Positions 37,081 to 49,028 of a stretch of DNA of 49,168 nucleotides are shown here, in pieces. The notes under the pieces are model-generated. The model made no database searches and was not told the origin of the DNA. It was given only the letters and a program-made list of their open reading frames with translations. The position numbers were made by a program, and so were the translations under genes. Origin of the DNA: Octopus bimaculoides (lineage: Eukaryota); contig NC_068986.1 in NCBI RefSeq assembly GCF_001194135.2, forward strand, positions 36,050,461 through 36,099,628, in the 5' to 3' direction. Position 1 is the first letter of the stretch, and each line of letters opens with the position of its first letter.

Positions 37081-37800
37081 GATAATAATAATAATTGTTA
37101 TTGATTTAGGTACAAAGCCAGATATTTTGAACGAACGGCGTTCGACAACTTCATTACAGTACTTGAACAGGATTATACTTTATGCACCCTGAATAGAGAA
37201 AGATAAATTAGATTTCGATAGTTTTTTACCCGAGAAAACCGCAGGTGTGTCTCAATACCGAAAGGCATTTTGTGTGGTACTCTATCAATTCTAAGATTTA
37301 CCGTCTTTTATATGATTACAAGTGTTTCTAGAACACCAAAATCACACGAATTGCGTAAGGAAGTTAATCGATATTTTTACTTTATTGACTCTCCATCATA
37401 GTTGTGGCAGGATTCGAAATCCAAATGGGAAATAAACTATACCTTTTTTCCAGTATTTATCGCAGCCTTTTGCAATAATTAGACAGATTTCTAACATAAC
37501 AACTTTAGTATTAATTCTAGTTTCACTCTTGATGTAACTCTTATCTGTCCGCCCAAATCCGGGCTGCCATCTGTTCTGTGCAGCGCCATATTTTTTATCG
37601 CTTTCTTCAAATCATTTTGTTCTATTTTGCTATGGCAACTTAAACCCCTCCAGAAGTTCAACGTCTTATTTAAGTACTGTAAGGATGCGAGTAAATATAC
37701 GCCAGTACAATACTGAGATTTTATTCATCGACCACGAAAGAATGAAACACAAAATGAAATTTTGAGTATAGAACGCTATATATCTAAATACTGCAAGACA
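36700..37800 (-). mobile_element. Minus-strand chain of family A SINEs: a good copy at 36727-36952, a head-only remnant at 36700-36722, and decayed copies near 37200, 37370 and 37700
   Basis: Plus strand shows GAAAGGCAAAGTCGAC.GCGGCGGAATTTGAACTCAGAACG and CTGCCAGCTCG.CGCCTT, interleaved with (AAT)n. Confidence 0.75.
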
Positions 37801-38304
37801 TACTTTCGGGATCTCTGCTGACTGTGAAATAGGAACAGAGAGGGACCTTTAACTGAAATGAAGAATTAACAAGCCAACGAAAGAGCTTTTAATAAGTTCA
37901 CCAATTCTATCAGAAATAGTTGGCATCTCTCTTTCTTTAAAAAGAAAAATATATTGAGTACAGTGCTTGTTCCAAAAAAAAGCTGGGATGGTCATGACTG
38001 GAATATCTCTGATAATGTAGGTTTCATCGACTAAACCTGATGTGATGTTAAACTAAGGTAAGGCAGCCTTGACCAACCATTACCCCGCACTGAGAGACGT
38101 TGAAAATAGCCATACGTACTTGTGTCTGTGTGTAGGTACGTAGCATAGAAATTAGTGTTATGCTCGTGATTATAAGGATGTACGTTCGACTTGTAGGCCT
38201 GTCAATATTTCATACTCTTCAGCATAACATGTCATTTTCATGTTGCTCTAGACTACATAGCAGAAATAATTACCGGCCAAGTGTTTTTGTTTCTTTCCAT
38301 TCAG

Positions 38305-39911
38305 ATTTTGCAGTATGGATGCTCCACTAGGTTAAGGTTGGAGAGGCTGAGAAGATGCCTATATCTGCTGTCTATTACATGCATAATAACCGAAAGCAAT
38401 TAACGAAAGCGTGGCTGCTCATGTCGAATCATATTTCATGCTTGCTTGTGAGTGACGGGTGTAGGTTACGTACATACACACACACACACACACACACACA
38501 CCCTTATATTTCTGGAAAAGGAAGATTTCGGGTACAAAACAAAGTACCCAACGTGACATCAGGAAGCTGAGTGAAAGAAATGTTTTTATCAGGTGAGTTT
38601 TGCAGAATTAATTCCGTTTCATTTCTCTGAGAATCGAAAGAGGATTAGCTCCGTAAAACTTGCCTACAAAAGAATACACAGACGGGCGCGCCTGCACACA
38701 GAAGCACGGCACGGTTGTATATGTAAATGTGTGTGTGTATGTGTAATACGTTTGATGGTATGAACGGGGGGGGGGTAAAAGAACGTTAACATTTATTTAT
38801 TTATTTATTTATTTATGTAGCTTAACTGTTGAAGAATACAGAAATATATTATTTCTATACATGTTTTATTCTGTTCCACTACAGAGAAGAAATTTAGACT
38901 GAAAATGAGAGAACAAAGATGCAAGAAAGAAAAAGAAAGTAGTGAGATGCTAGATACTGCATCCTCTGAATGAACCGCAGGTATTAAAGGATGGAATTAT
39001 TACAAGTATTAAGAAGACAGACAATTATGTGAATCTCGATAGCATGAAAGAGCAAATTGTCACCTGACTGAATTTGTAGTAAACAGATATCCAACGCTCT
39101 AATATAATATAACGTAAAGGTAATATACATAAGGTCATGTCACTTACAGGCACCAATAACTGCTACAACTATAGATGACAAGTAAAATTTAATAAAAGTA
39201 CGTTGCTGGAAACAAAATTTTTTTCAAACTTACACAGTACCAAACTAGATAAAAAATAATACACACACACACACTCATATATATATATGTATATACATAT
39301 ATAAGATATTTGAATACAAAGCAATGTGACCTGTATGAATCAAGTCGTCATTGCTTTTTTTCTTATTTATTAGTTTTGATATTTAATTATTTAATACTGC
39401 AGTTTCTGGAAAACATTGTCGTTAGTTACATATTTCCAACGGGCTAACCACTGATTCCCTCTGCATTTTGACAGTGAGAGCGACAACGAAGTATCAGCAC
39501 CACGGAGCAGAACAAATCAAACAAGGGACCTCATTTGAAGTGGACATTTTCACCAATCGAGTGCACATAAAACAAAACGCAAGCAGCGATTTTATACTCT
39601 ATGAAAAATACTCGAAACAAAATAACCATTCTTTCTCTATTTGAAAACAATGAAGAACTGGATGTTATTTCTAGCAAGTTCTGTGGTTAAGTGGAGCGCT
39701 TCCTGTTATTTGATGATTAAGGGCATCCGTTGCCAGGTTTTGCACCAGTGCATGGTTTGGGGGTAGGGGTGTGTAGCTGTATTGCAAGCCTTCAAGTAAT
39801 TCAAATAACTTCTCGCACATTCTGTCCACCGATTCTGAAGGCCCTGGAAATATGTAAAAGGTACTTCATAGGCGACTCCCTTCTCGTTCTGAGTAATTGG
39901 TAGCAAATAAA
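38305..39911 (+). ncRNA. Candidate spliced antisense non-coding transcript (exons ~38305-38592, 38885-38980, 39475 onward)
   Basis: Alternating canonical signals: TTTCTTTCCATTCAG|, CAG|GTGAGT, TTCTGTTCCACTACAG|, CAG|GTATTA, CCCTCTGCATTTTGACAG|, then AATAAA at 39906. No continuous ORF. Confidence 0.3.
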
Positions 39912-42900
39912 AGTTAACTTAAAAGCCTCCACTAGTTAATAGTAATTAAACCTCTGTGGTTTATCAAGTAAAATGATATAGTTGAATATTTAGAATAAGT
40001 TGCATCGTGCTTATATTTGATGAAGTACTTTCTATTGGTTAGACCCCAGATCATCTCGGGGTAAACAGACCTATGATCATCGATATTGTAGCCACCACCT
40101 TCCTGACTTTATTAAAGCATGTATGTGTGCATTATATACTGTGTCATTTGTGTCTCATTCACTAGAAAGTGTTTGGAAGGAGATTTGACTATTTGGCAGC
40201 TATATATATATATATTTACATTCCAAATGAAATAGTAACAGTGTAAAAGTCACCTCAGTTTACTCGTGAGGTTAATTTTTTTTCCGCATTGAAAAACAGC
40301 AGCTATTGATAGTGAATCAAGCTAACGAGGATGCTTGCAGGTGATCACTTGAACATTTTTATAACGGCTCTGCGTATTTCTGTGAAAACCTGGCTGCTAT
40401 TTCTAGCGGATCAAATGACTGCATAAATGTCGCTTTCGTTTTTTTTTACTTTTCTTTTAATGAAGGTTTCATTTGACAAGAGAAAGAGAGAGAGAGGGGG
40501 AGAAAGAGAGAACAAAAGTATTATTATCATTATTATTTATGTTTTTGTGGGCCCAAAAGTGCGGATGTTCTCCACGAGGAGCCGCAACGATAGAGAGAAA
40601 CGAAAAGGTATTTGGTGGTGGTAGTGGTGGAAATTTAAAGACAGCTGATTAACGTGATAATCCCTCAGAGTTTAAGGCAATTGTTATCAAATGACACTAT
40701 GGCACAGTGGTTGCTGTACTGGGGTTTGAAACTTTGACCTCCACGAAAATACAAACTATATATTCTTATAAAACTGAAAAAAATGAAATTGATATTCAAA
40801 CTATAAAACCTTGCTAGTTTGAGTTACTAAATGAAATGATATCCCATAAGTTAAAGTATTTACGTTTAAAAGACTAAAATAAACAACGGTTTCTATAGAC
40901 TTTTCTTTATACTTTATGCACAATCTACAGCAAGGTATTCTTCGTATGTTCTAAATTGTTGCGTACAAAAGACAAAACCAAAACAATGGAGGGGTTGGGA
41001 ATTAATACTCTGAATTCATCAAGCATAATACGTGCGATGCGAGAATACCCTGAATTTAAACACTTATCGCGGACTGAACTAATAGTGTTTTGCCGAGTTG
41101 CTAAATCGAGCTGTTAAGGCAACAAGGTTAGTAAAAGTTAAAAAAATAAATATAACGGTAGGTTCTTTAGAGCACGACTTACTAATTCAAATAGAATTAA
41201 ATGAAATAAATGTAATTTCAGTTCACATAACTATATTTTCTTCCTCCTTGTGTCTCTTTTTCGGTTATATATATATATATATATAAACCTCTGTGTGTAT
41301 GTGCATGCATGTTATATATNNNNNNNNNNNNNNNNNNNNNNNNNNNNNNNNNNNNNNNNNNNNNNNNNNNNNNNNNNNNNNNNNNNNNNNNNNNNNNNNN
41401 NNNNNNNNNNNNNNNNNNNNNNNNNNNNNNNNNNNNNNNNNNNNNNNNNNNNNNNNNNNNNNNNNNNNNNNNNNNNNNNNNNNNNNNNNNNNNNNNNNNN
41501 NNNNNNNNNNNNNNNNNNNNNNNNNNNNNNNNNNNNNNNNNNNNNNNNNNNNGTTTGATAATTTTGTTTTAAGACCTCTCATTTCAAATCACTGAGAATT
41601 TTATAGACTTGTATCTTCACTTGTAATTTTTATCTTCAACTTTTAAACTACTTACAATTGTGTTTAAACTTAGAAATGCCGAGAAATTTCCGAAAATAAA
41701 AAGTGCATTAAAAGAAATGTACATTGGGATAGTTATTCCGAAACTACAGTTTTAAAAAATTATGTTGTAGGAATAGCATATTTTATTCAATATTGTGTTC
41801 AGCAGTGTAAAATGCGTTTGAGATGCAGTCTTGTCAGATGGCAATTAACTTCAGTTTGACTTTCCAGCATAAAAGTTCCTCACCTTTACTCTATAGTATG
41901 TATTGAACACTACCTTCTTGCTTCGTTTACAGACCGTACCATTTGTATGCATGTGAGTGTGTAAAACGAACTGTCAAAGCGAAAGATAGAAGAATACTTG
42001 GCATTATTTGTTTCGGCTGTAGTTCAAAGAATGTCCGCGTTAACTTTACCTTTCATCCTCTCGGAAGTGAGAAAGAAAATAGTACCAGCTCAAGGTGATA
42101 GACATACTGAACTGTCAGAGTGCCGGACGATATAATTTACGGTATCAGTTCCACCACTTTGCTTTCTACGGAACGCCTGCAATGACATTTGTTTCAAGCT
42201 GTGTGTCCCTTGGATGACAACGGTTGCTTTTAGACAGGAGGTGCACATGTATGAGCAGCAGCTACTGTTCATTAATGAAAGTCTTCGTTCAAGCCTGCAC
42301 TTTGGAGAGGACCATTCGAAATGGAAATTCAGGTGACTTACAAGATATGAGGAGGTGTCGAATGTATTACATGTTTTGGGTGCACAAAAGAGAGAAATAA
42401 TGAAATAAGAATGTGTGCATTTTGTCATTGTATGGAGATTAGCATGAGTGTGGTGTATAACCATGTGGTAATTCCATGTTACATAACTGTGTGTAAACAT
42501 GTACGGCGTGTCCTGTTAATTGAATAACATAAGATTGTATTGTGGGTGGGGCGGACGAAATATATCATCATTTGTTGTTTAGATCCTGGTCACCCTTCAT
42601 CGAGCACATCGACCTAGGGTTAAATAACAAAAGCATTACAGTCATAACCATTCTGTCTTCATTTTTAGCAATATGCAGTCCTATGTTATCGAACATATCC
42701 TTTCTGTTCCCAAGCTGGTATATATTTATACCAGGTTTCTGAATATTTGGTTATGTCTAACAGTTGAACTATTTAGTAAAGGTTCTCTCGTCGATAATAT
42801 TTAACATCCAGATATACTATCTCTAAATGTAATATAACTGTTACAGTTCTATAAAATGTAAGTTGCTTAGCTATCGATATATGAATAGAAAAGAAGATAC

Positions 42901-43994
42901 TAATGTAAACACATGTGGCATGACTTCAATAACGGGAAATCACGCGTAAACAAACCACAACACTACAGAAATGTTGACGACTATGCATTACGACTTTATA
43001 AATATACAACATAATGACAAAACATGTTTGGCATAATATGTAACGATGAAAACAAATGTCGAATATACGTGAATGTAATTTAAATGTGGTATCAAAGTTT
43101 CAATACCCAAACAAGCGACAATATTTCAACCGTAATATCTTATTTCAAAATTATATATGACAGAGAGAGAGAGAGAGAGAGAGAGAAACGAATGCATGGT
43201 GTAGAGAAATATGATAAGGTGTTCTCTTTGATGCTATAGTTTAATAATATTTCTTTTGTATAATATTGAAGAAATAGTGAAAATGAAGCGCTGATGGTCA
43301 GGCGTTCCTTTTGCTTCAGGGTCTTAGCTTTATAACAGTTATTATACAGTACTTGTCTCTAATATATGTGTATCTTAGAAGATAAAGCAAAAAGTAAAGA
43401 AGTTAACATGTGATATATATGCCCCCACTGTTGTGAACATAAATAAAATTGGAATAAAGTAGGAACGGAAAAATATTTTGTTAACTCGGATTCTAGCTTA
43501 CACTTTTATGCATAAATTGATTATAACTTTGTATGTAATAAATATTCCTCCCATTTTTTTTTTTTATTCATTAAAAGTTAGGGGAGGTATCTGTTGAAAT
43601 GATAGAAATCAATCGGACATATTGCTAGCAGTTATAAAGATATAACCCAAAGAAATATAATACAAAAAAAAAAGGTAAAGAAAATGCTGGCACAAAATTT
43701 GAACTCCGAAGAAACTAAACGTAAATCTAACAGATGCTACTGCTTCAGCAGCCAATGCGCTTTCACAGAGTTTGCAATTAAATTGTTTACGAATATAATA
43801 TTTAGGTACAAATTTATTACATCAAATAAATTTAAAAAAAGAAAACATGTAATAAAATAAAAGCAAGCAATATTTAATAAAAGAAAATTATATCAATTAA
43901 ATCAATATTCTTAGTAATTTTTTGAAAAAGTTTGCTTTGTTTTATTTCTTCTTTCTTGTCTTTTTTTCTCTACTGATAAGCTTGATCGACTCAC

Positions 43995-44108
43995 CTCTGA
44001 TGTAGCACGTAGACGTTTGTTTTCTTGTCTCCATGACAACGCTGTAAAGCTCTCAAAGAAATTACCATCGGATTCCTGTACTCTGTAAGGGTTAAACATG
44101 TTTGCCAT
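43995..44108 (-). CDS. Candidate first coding exon of a small uncharacterised protein
   Basis: ATG with an in-frame upstream TGA; MANMFNPYRVQESDGNFFESFTALSWRQENKRLRATSE ends exactly at a consensus donor GAG|GTGAGT (phase 0). Upstream acceptor TTGTTGTTCCCAAG| gives an exon start at 44135. Confidence 0.6.
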
Positions 44109-44796
44109 AAGATGTCACGAAGGCATTTGCCATGTCTTGGGAACAACAACAATAATAATAATGATAGTAATAATAATGATAATAATACAAACAACAACAA
44201 TAACAATGTTAGTAATACTAATTCTGCTACCACTAACAACAATGACAATAACAGTAGCAGTTAGTAATGAAACACAACAGTAGCAAAAGGAAGGCAGAAA
44301 AATAAATATGGATCTCTTTGATGTTTATCCGACCAATTCTTTTAAAATGAGCTTAATTGTTTAATAAAAATAATAATGGTGATGATGATGATACTACTAC
44401 GACCACCACCGCTACTACTACTACCGCTACTAAAAATGAAATACCTTTAATTATAAGTATAGTTGTTTTTTTTTATTTATGAACTTAACAAATAGTTGAA
44501 AAATATAATTATTATTATTATTGTTATTATTATTATAAGTATTAATTATTATTGCTGTTGTTGTTGTTGTCAATTTTGTTCTATATTACTGTTTGTAGTA
44601 TTAACAAGCGTGTACATATATCCGTCCATGCTTTACTTGCGTCGGTTTTTGATCGTTATATAATTATACAATAATAATAAAATTTTCTTAAAAAATATAT
44701 TTCTCTTTGACTTTGCATGCGGACACCTTATTTTAGAAACTGTATCACCACACTTCTTTGCTTTCAATTCTTTAAATATATAGAATATTATACAGA

Positions 44797-44848
<52 letters not shown>

Positions 44849-45099
44849 ACACACTTTGATGTCGTATGTATTGGTTTGCTCTTGCTCGTTGAATGTTTTC
44901 CTTTCGTGATATTTGTTATGTAAGTTTTTTTTTTGTTATGCTGTCTGAGCTTTGTATTATTTCTTTCCTTCTGTTATTTCTAGCAGTTTGTTATGAAAAC
45001 TGTAAGCGAAGCTATGTTTGTCGTTAGCGCTTAGTTTACGGACATCAGACACATACACTATTGGTTGGCTGGTTGTTATGTTTGTAGATGCGCACGCCG

Positions 45100-45391
45100 T
45101 TCGCTCTCTCTCTCTTTCACACACTCTCTCTCTTTCTCTCTCTCTCATTTCTTTGTGTATCTGTCACCGTTTCTCTCCGTATATCTCTCTACCTCTAGCT
45201 TTCTTTTTCTTCTTTCTACCTTTATTTTGCTCCCCCTCTCTCTTCCATTATCCCTACATTTCTTCTTTACCTCCTTTATATTTACTTCTACACTTCTCTC
45301 ACTCAGTCCGTATTTGTGTCTATCTGTCTCTAATATAGAGTGAGAGTCGATAGTAGATTTAAAAAATGGGAGGCGGTATCATAGGAGACAG

Positions 45392-45443
<52 letters not shown>

Positions 45444-46340
45444 AAGAGTGTGTGAAAGAGTCGATAGATAACCAAGAATAATGTAGCGGTAGTAGTAATG
45501 GTAGTGATAGTAGTAGTATAAGCAGCAGTAGTAGCTGTATTAGTAGTAAAAGTATAGTCAATAGTAGTATGAAAGTGGAGGTAGAATGATTGATAGATAG
45601 ATAGATGGAGAAAGAAAGAAAGACAGAAGGAAGGACGGAAAGAAATAACAACAGGAAGAAATGAAGAGGTGAAACAGATGGCTGAAGGAAAAAAAAAACT
45701 AGCGGTGGATAATCAAATGAAAGATGACAGAATGCATGGTGTAGATAAGGTGAGAGAAACAGCTGTGTGGATAAGAAGGTGGAAAGTGAATTACAGAGAA
45801 TCGGAGATGTGAAAGAAGAAATGAAGAGAAGAGTAAAAAAGTTGGGGAAGGAGAAGGCGAACGAAGAGAAGACAGAAGAATGTTGAGATTAAAGGAGGAG
45901 AATCGTGAACGATGGAGTGAGGGACTGGCGGGAAGAATGAGACAGGTAAATGAGAGAGGTAGAGTGAGTTACATAGAAGAGGAGAGAGAGAGAGAGAGAG
46001 GGAGCAACAATAGAAAGAGCGGGAAAAAGTAGGAAGGGAATGATAGATAGATAGATATAGAAACAGATTGTACAAGGTAGAGAGATAATGAAAGAAAAAG
46101 AATGGATTTAATTTAGGGATTAATAGAAACGTTTAGAAAAACGTGTATAAAGACTGACAGACAAACATACAAACACTTACAAACTACACACAAAGATTAA
46201 TATATCGACGCATGGGAGGAGAGAGAGAGAAAAAGATGGAGAGTAATACGGTGGCATAGGAAGAGATAGATAGGTAGATAGACAGAGAAGCAGAGAGGGT
46301 GAAGAAACATAAGAAGAGAGTGAAACTGTGAAAGACAGAC
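45100..46340. repeat. Low-complexity CT-rich tract (45100-45330) followed by a long GA-rich tract (45380-46340)
   Basis: Direct reading. Confidence 0.9.
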
Positions 46341-46639
46341 AATTCAAGTTACAACATACCAATGTAGGGCTCAGCACCCACAGGTGGTGGATGCAACTTA
46401 AATTACTACAACAAAACGAAATGTTTACGCAGGGGTTTAATATCTGCTGAGAGAGGCGTATCCCCGAGGGCGTGTCACTGTGCATGTGTGCGTGCATCCT
46501 TGGCACCACCAGAAGTGAGGTCTTGTTGCACCCCTCAGTTACTCGACAGTGACATTTAATTACTAGTCAATCGAAATGGTGCGAGAAGTTACTAAAGCAC
46601 CATCCTAAATTATCGTCCTATAGTGATTCATGTGTGCGA

Positions 46640-46860
46640 GAATATTCGATATGTTGTCGAGATTGAAACTCGCGAGATGGGACGTTATTAGTGTATCGCG
46701 GAGACGTGTAATCGCGTAAACGCGAAAACACCAAGCGCGAAAAGGAACAATAAGAGCTCGGCACACGAAGATTTCAGTTACGGAAGACTGCGCTGAATTG
46801 AGATTGCAAAAGGGGTGAAACGTTGGCATTCCACTGGCGAACGAGCGTAGTTAAAGATCA
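46640..46860. promoter_or_regulatory. Locally CpG-rich unique segment; possible promoter or enhancer
   Basis: Dense CG/CGCG motifs in otherwise AT-rich DNA, no SINE or LINE similarity seen, ~2.5 kb upstream of the candidate start exon. Confidence 0.25.
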
Positions 46861-47292
46861 CATTATAAGGTTTGTTGAACAGGCATTAAACTCATTTTCC
46901 CGTGACCAGACCCAACCACCTATCTGACCACTGACAGAAATTTCTCTATAAATAATAACTAACATTTAATGAAATTTTAAAATTTAATGTCAGTCACTCT
47001 CTTGATTCACACTCGTTCAGTGTGGCCAGCCGTGAATTTTCTAAGTAATGTGAAATGCGGCTTAGCTGTTGGCATAAGTACACACAACCTGAGAAATATT
47101 TTTGTGACATCTCGAGGGGGAATTTGCTGCTAGGAGAAAAATGGTGAAAACGACTCTTTATTCTGTAGTAGAGTCAACACTCATTGATACTGTTTGGGTG
47201 TGAGATCCATTCTGTTCTTCGAATTCGTGTTTGTAACTCGTGTATATAATTTAGGTCTCCTACCAGTATATTCGTTTATTAGAAATCAGTGT

Positions 47293-47625
47293 AAGCGCAG
47301 TATAAGTGAAAGGTTAAGAATTTTGCTTCGCAACAACGAGACCTAGTGTCCTATCCTACTGCGTTATATAGTGTGCAAGTGTCATTTTCTAAACATTTAG
47401 CCCCGAGTCTATCCATAGATTTGATGGAAACTAGGAGACGGAAAACTGTTTGGAAGCCCGCATATGTGGAAAACTGTTTGGAAGCCCGCATATGTATTGT
47501 AACAATGTCAACCTTGTTGCACATATTCTAACTAAAATTACCTGAAGGTATACGTGACTGTGAAATACTCAATCACGTACACGTTGATAGCCAGCGCTGG
47601 ATGACGGATATCCATCATTATTACT
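47293..47625 (+). mobile_element. Decayed hybrid SINE: family B-type head/CORE-like part plus family C-type 3' body
   Basis: GGTTAAGAATTTTGCTTCGCAAC...CTACTGCG...GCAAGTGTC...GACGGAAAACTG...GAAGCCCG (B-like) followed by GTCAACCTTG...AAGGTATACGTGACTGTGAAATACTCAATCAC...GACGGATATCC (C-like). Internal 28-bp tandem duplication at 47440-47495. Confidence 0.6.
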
Positions 47626-47946
47626 AACCTATATACTATGTGATTTGTACCTATTTTTAAATGTATTTCTGTTTGCACATGGTTTAAAATTAGTATGTAT
47701 ATCAGCATTACTAGTTAGTGTTATTTGTCGTTTTGCCTGACTCTTGTCGATGGTGAAATAGTGCAGACTATTTTATAAATTCTTCCGTATTTTTAAATGT
47801 TATTGCTTACATGCAGACGATGTTCAGGAGAAGGAAGTACAAGAATCGAGATGACAACGAAGAAATGTTTGCGTCTAAGATCGAAAGAAACACAGTCAAG
47901 ATAATCAATGAGGTGTTCATGGCAGCAAACACTGCTTGGATACACA

Positions 47947-48034
47947 GGGGGAATGCAATGTTCTCTAAAAATGGGGGACTGCAATGTTCTCTATAAATGG
48001 GGGAATGCAATGTTCTCTAAAAATGGGGGAATGC
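47947..48034. repeat. 26-bp minisatellite GGGGGAATGCAATGTTCTCTAAAAAT x3.4
   Basis: Units at 47947, 47973 and 47999, with a partial unit at 48025. Confidence 0.92.
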
Positions 48035-48789
48035 GAGTGCTCTTATATCATTCAAAACTGAATCATATAGTCCTCATTGCTCAAATAAAAACGAAGAGTG
48101 CAACACATATACAGGCAACTATCTGCACACGTGTACACATATAAACATAACAATCAATCAAAGTATAACATATCTTGATATTCACAATTCAATGTTCAAT
48201 CTTCCTCTGCATTTTCATAAGTATCTATTGTCACATAAATGTTTATATAATAATTGTAGTTACATATTGGCAAATATTTACTTAGCAACAATATCTAGCA
48301 AGATGTTAGCAAAATTTAGTAGGATATTTGATGGGTTTCAATACGATATTTGGAACAAAAACTATAATAGAATATAGTAAACTTTAGTATTATTTTAGAA
48401 TGTACAGAGAAAGTTCGCGAAAAGGTTTCCTGATAACTGTAGAGACTTTAGAGGAATTCATTGTCATTTTGAACAATTTCCACCAAAACCATACATTTAA
48501 AGTAGAGAAAAAAATCTATAAAATTGCTATTTACCGATATAATGGATGTAAAAATAATATTATGACAACAGATATAAGACACACATATGTATTAGAGCTT
48601 TAAATCTTGCCATCCCACAGTACATAAAATTAGTCAATGTCAAGCCAGAAAAACTTTAGTGTTGACGATGTGAGAAACAAAGACTGACAAAGCTGAAAGG
48701 ATTTTAAAAGAAACGAAAATAGCCAACTGTACTAATACAAGAATGCTCCAGATCGTGCCAAACGAATAGATGTCCTGCAACACCGAGTA

Positions 48790-48982
48790 ACCAAAGAGTG
48801 ATTAACAAATCCTGTATTTAGTAAATCCCAAAAAGAAGAACACACACAAATAAAAAACAACAACGCGAGGACGTGGTAGATGTAAAGTATTAGCAGACGG
48901 TTAGGGAAGGAAAGAAAGATGGTTAACGTTTCGAGTAGATTCTCTTCTTCGGAAACAGAAGAAAGTCCAATACAAGGGAAGA

Positions 48983-48985
<3 letters not shown>
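48790..48985 (-). mobile_element. Penelope-like terminal-repeat remnant with a hammerhead-like motif
   Basis: Minus strand reads (TA)n-TCGTCTTCCCTTGTATTGGACTTTCTTCTGTTT-CCGAAGA-A-GAG-AATCTA-CTC-GAAA-CGTT-AACC...TTCCCTAACCGTCTGCTAATAC. Confidence 0.6.

Positions 48986-49028
<43 letters not shown>

Noticed and set aside
41884-41970. 87-nt phase 0-0 minus-strand exon candidate with good splice sites
   Set aside because: The acceptor abuts a decayed SINE, the peptide is not protein-like, and it does not resolve the phase mismatch; only RNA-seq could rescue it.
42090-42500. 136-aa minus ORF and a 40-aa plus frame (MTTVAFRQEVHMYEQ...)
   Set aside because: No recognisable homology; compatible with chance.
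47811-47996. 61-aa ORF MQTMFRRRKYKNRDD...
   Set aside because: Runs into the minisatellite, has a weak donor and no motif recognised.
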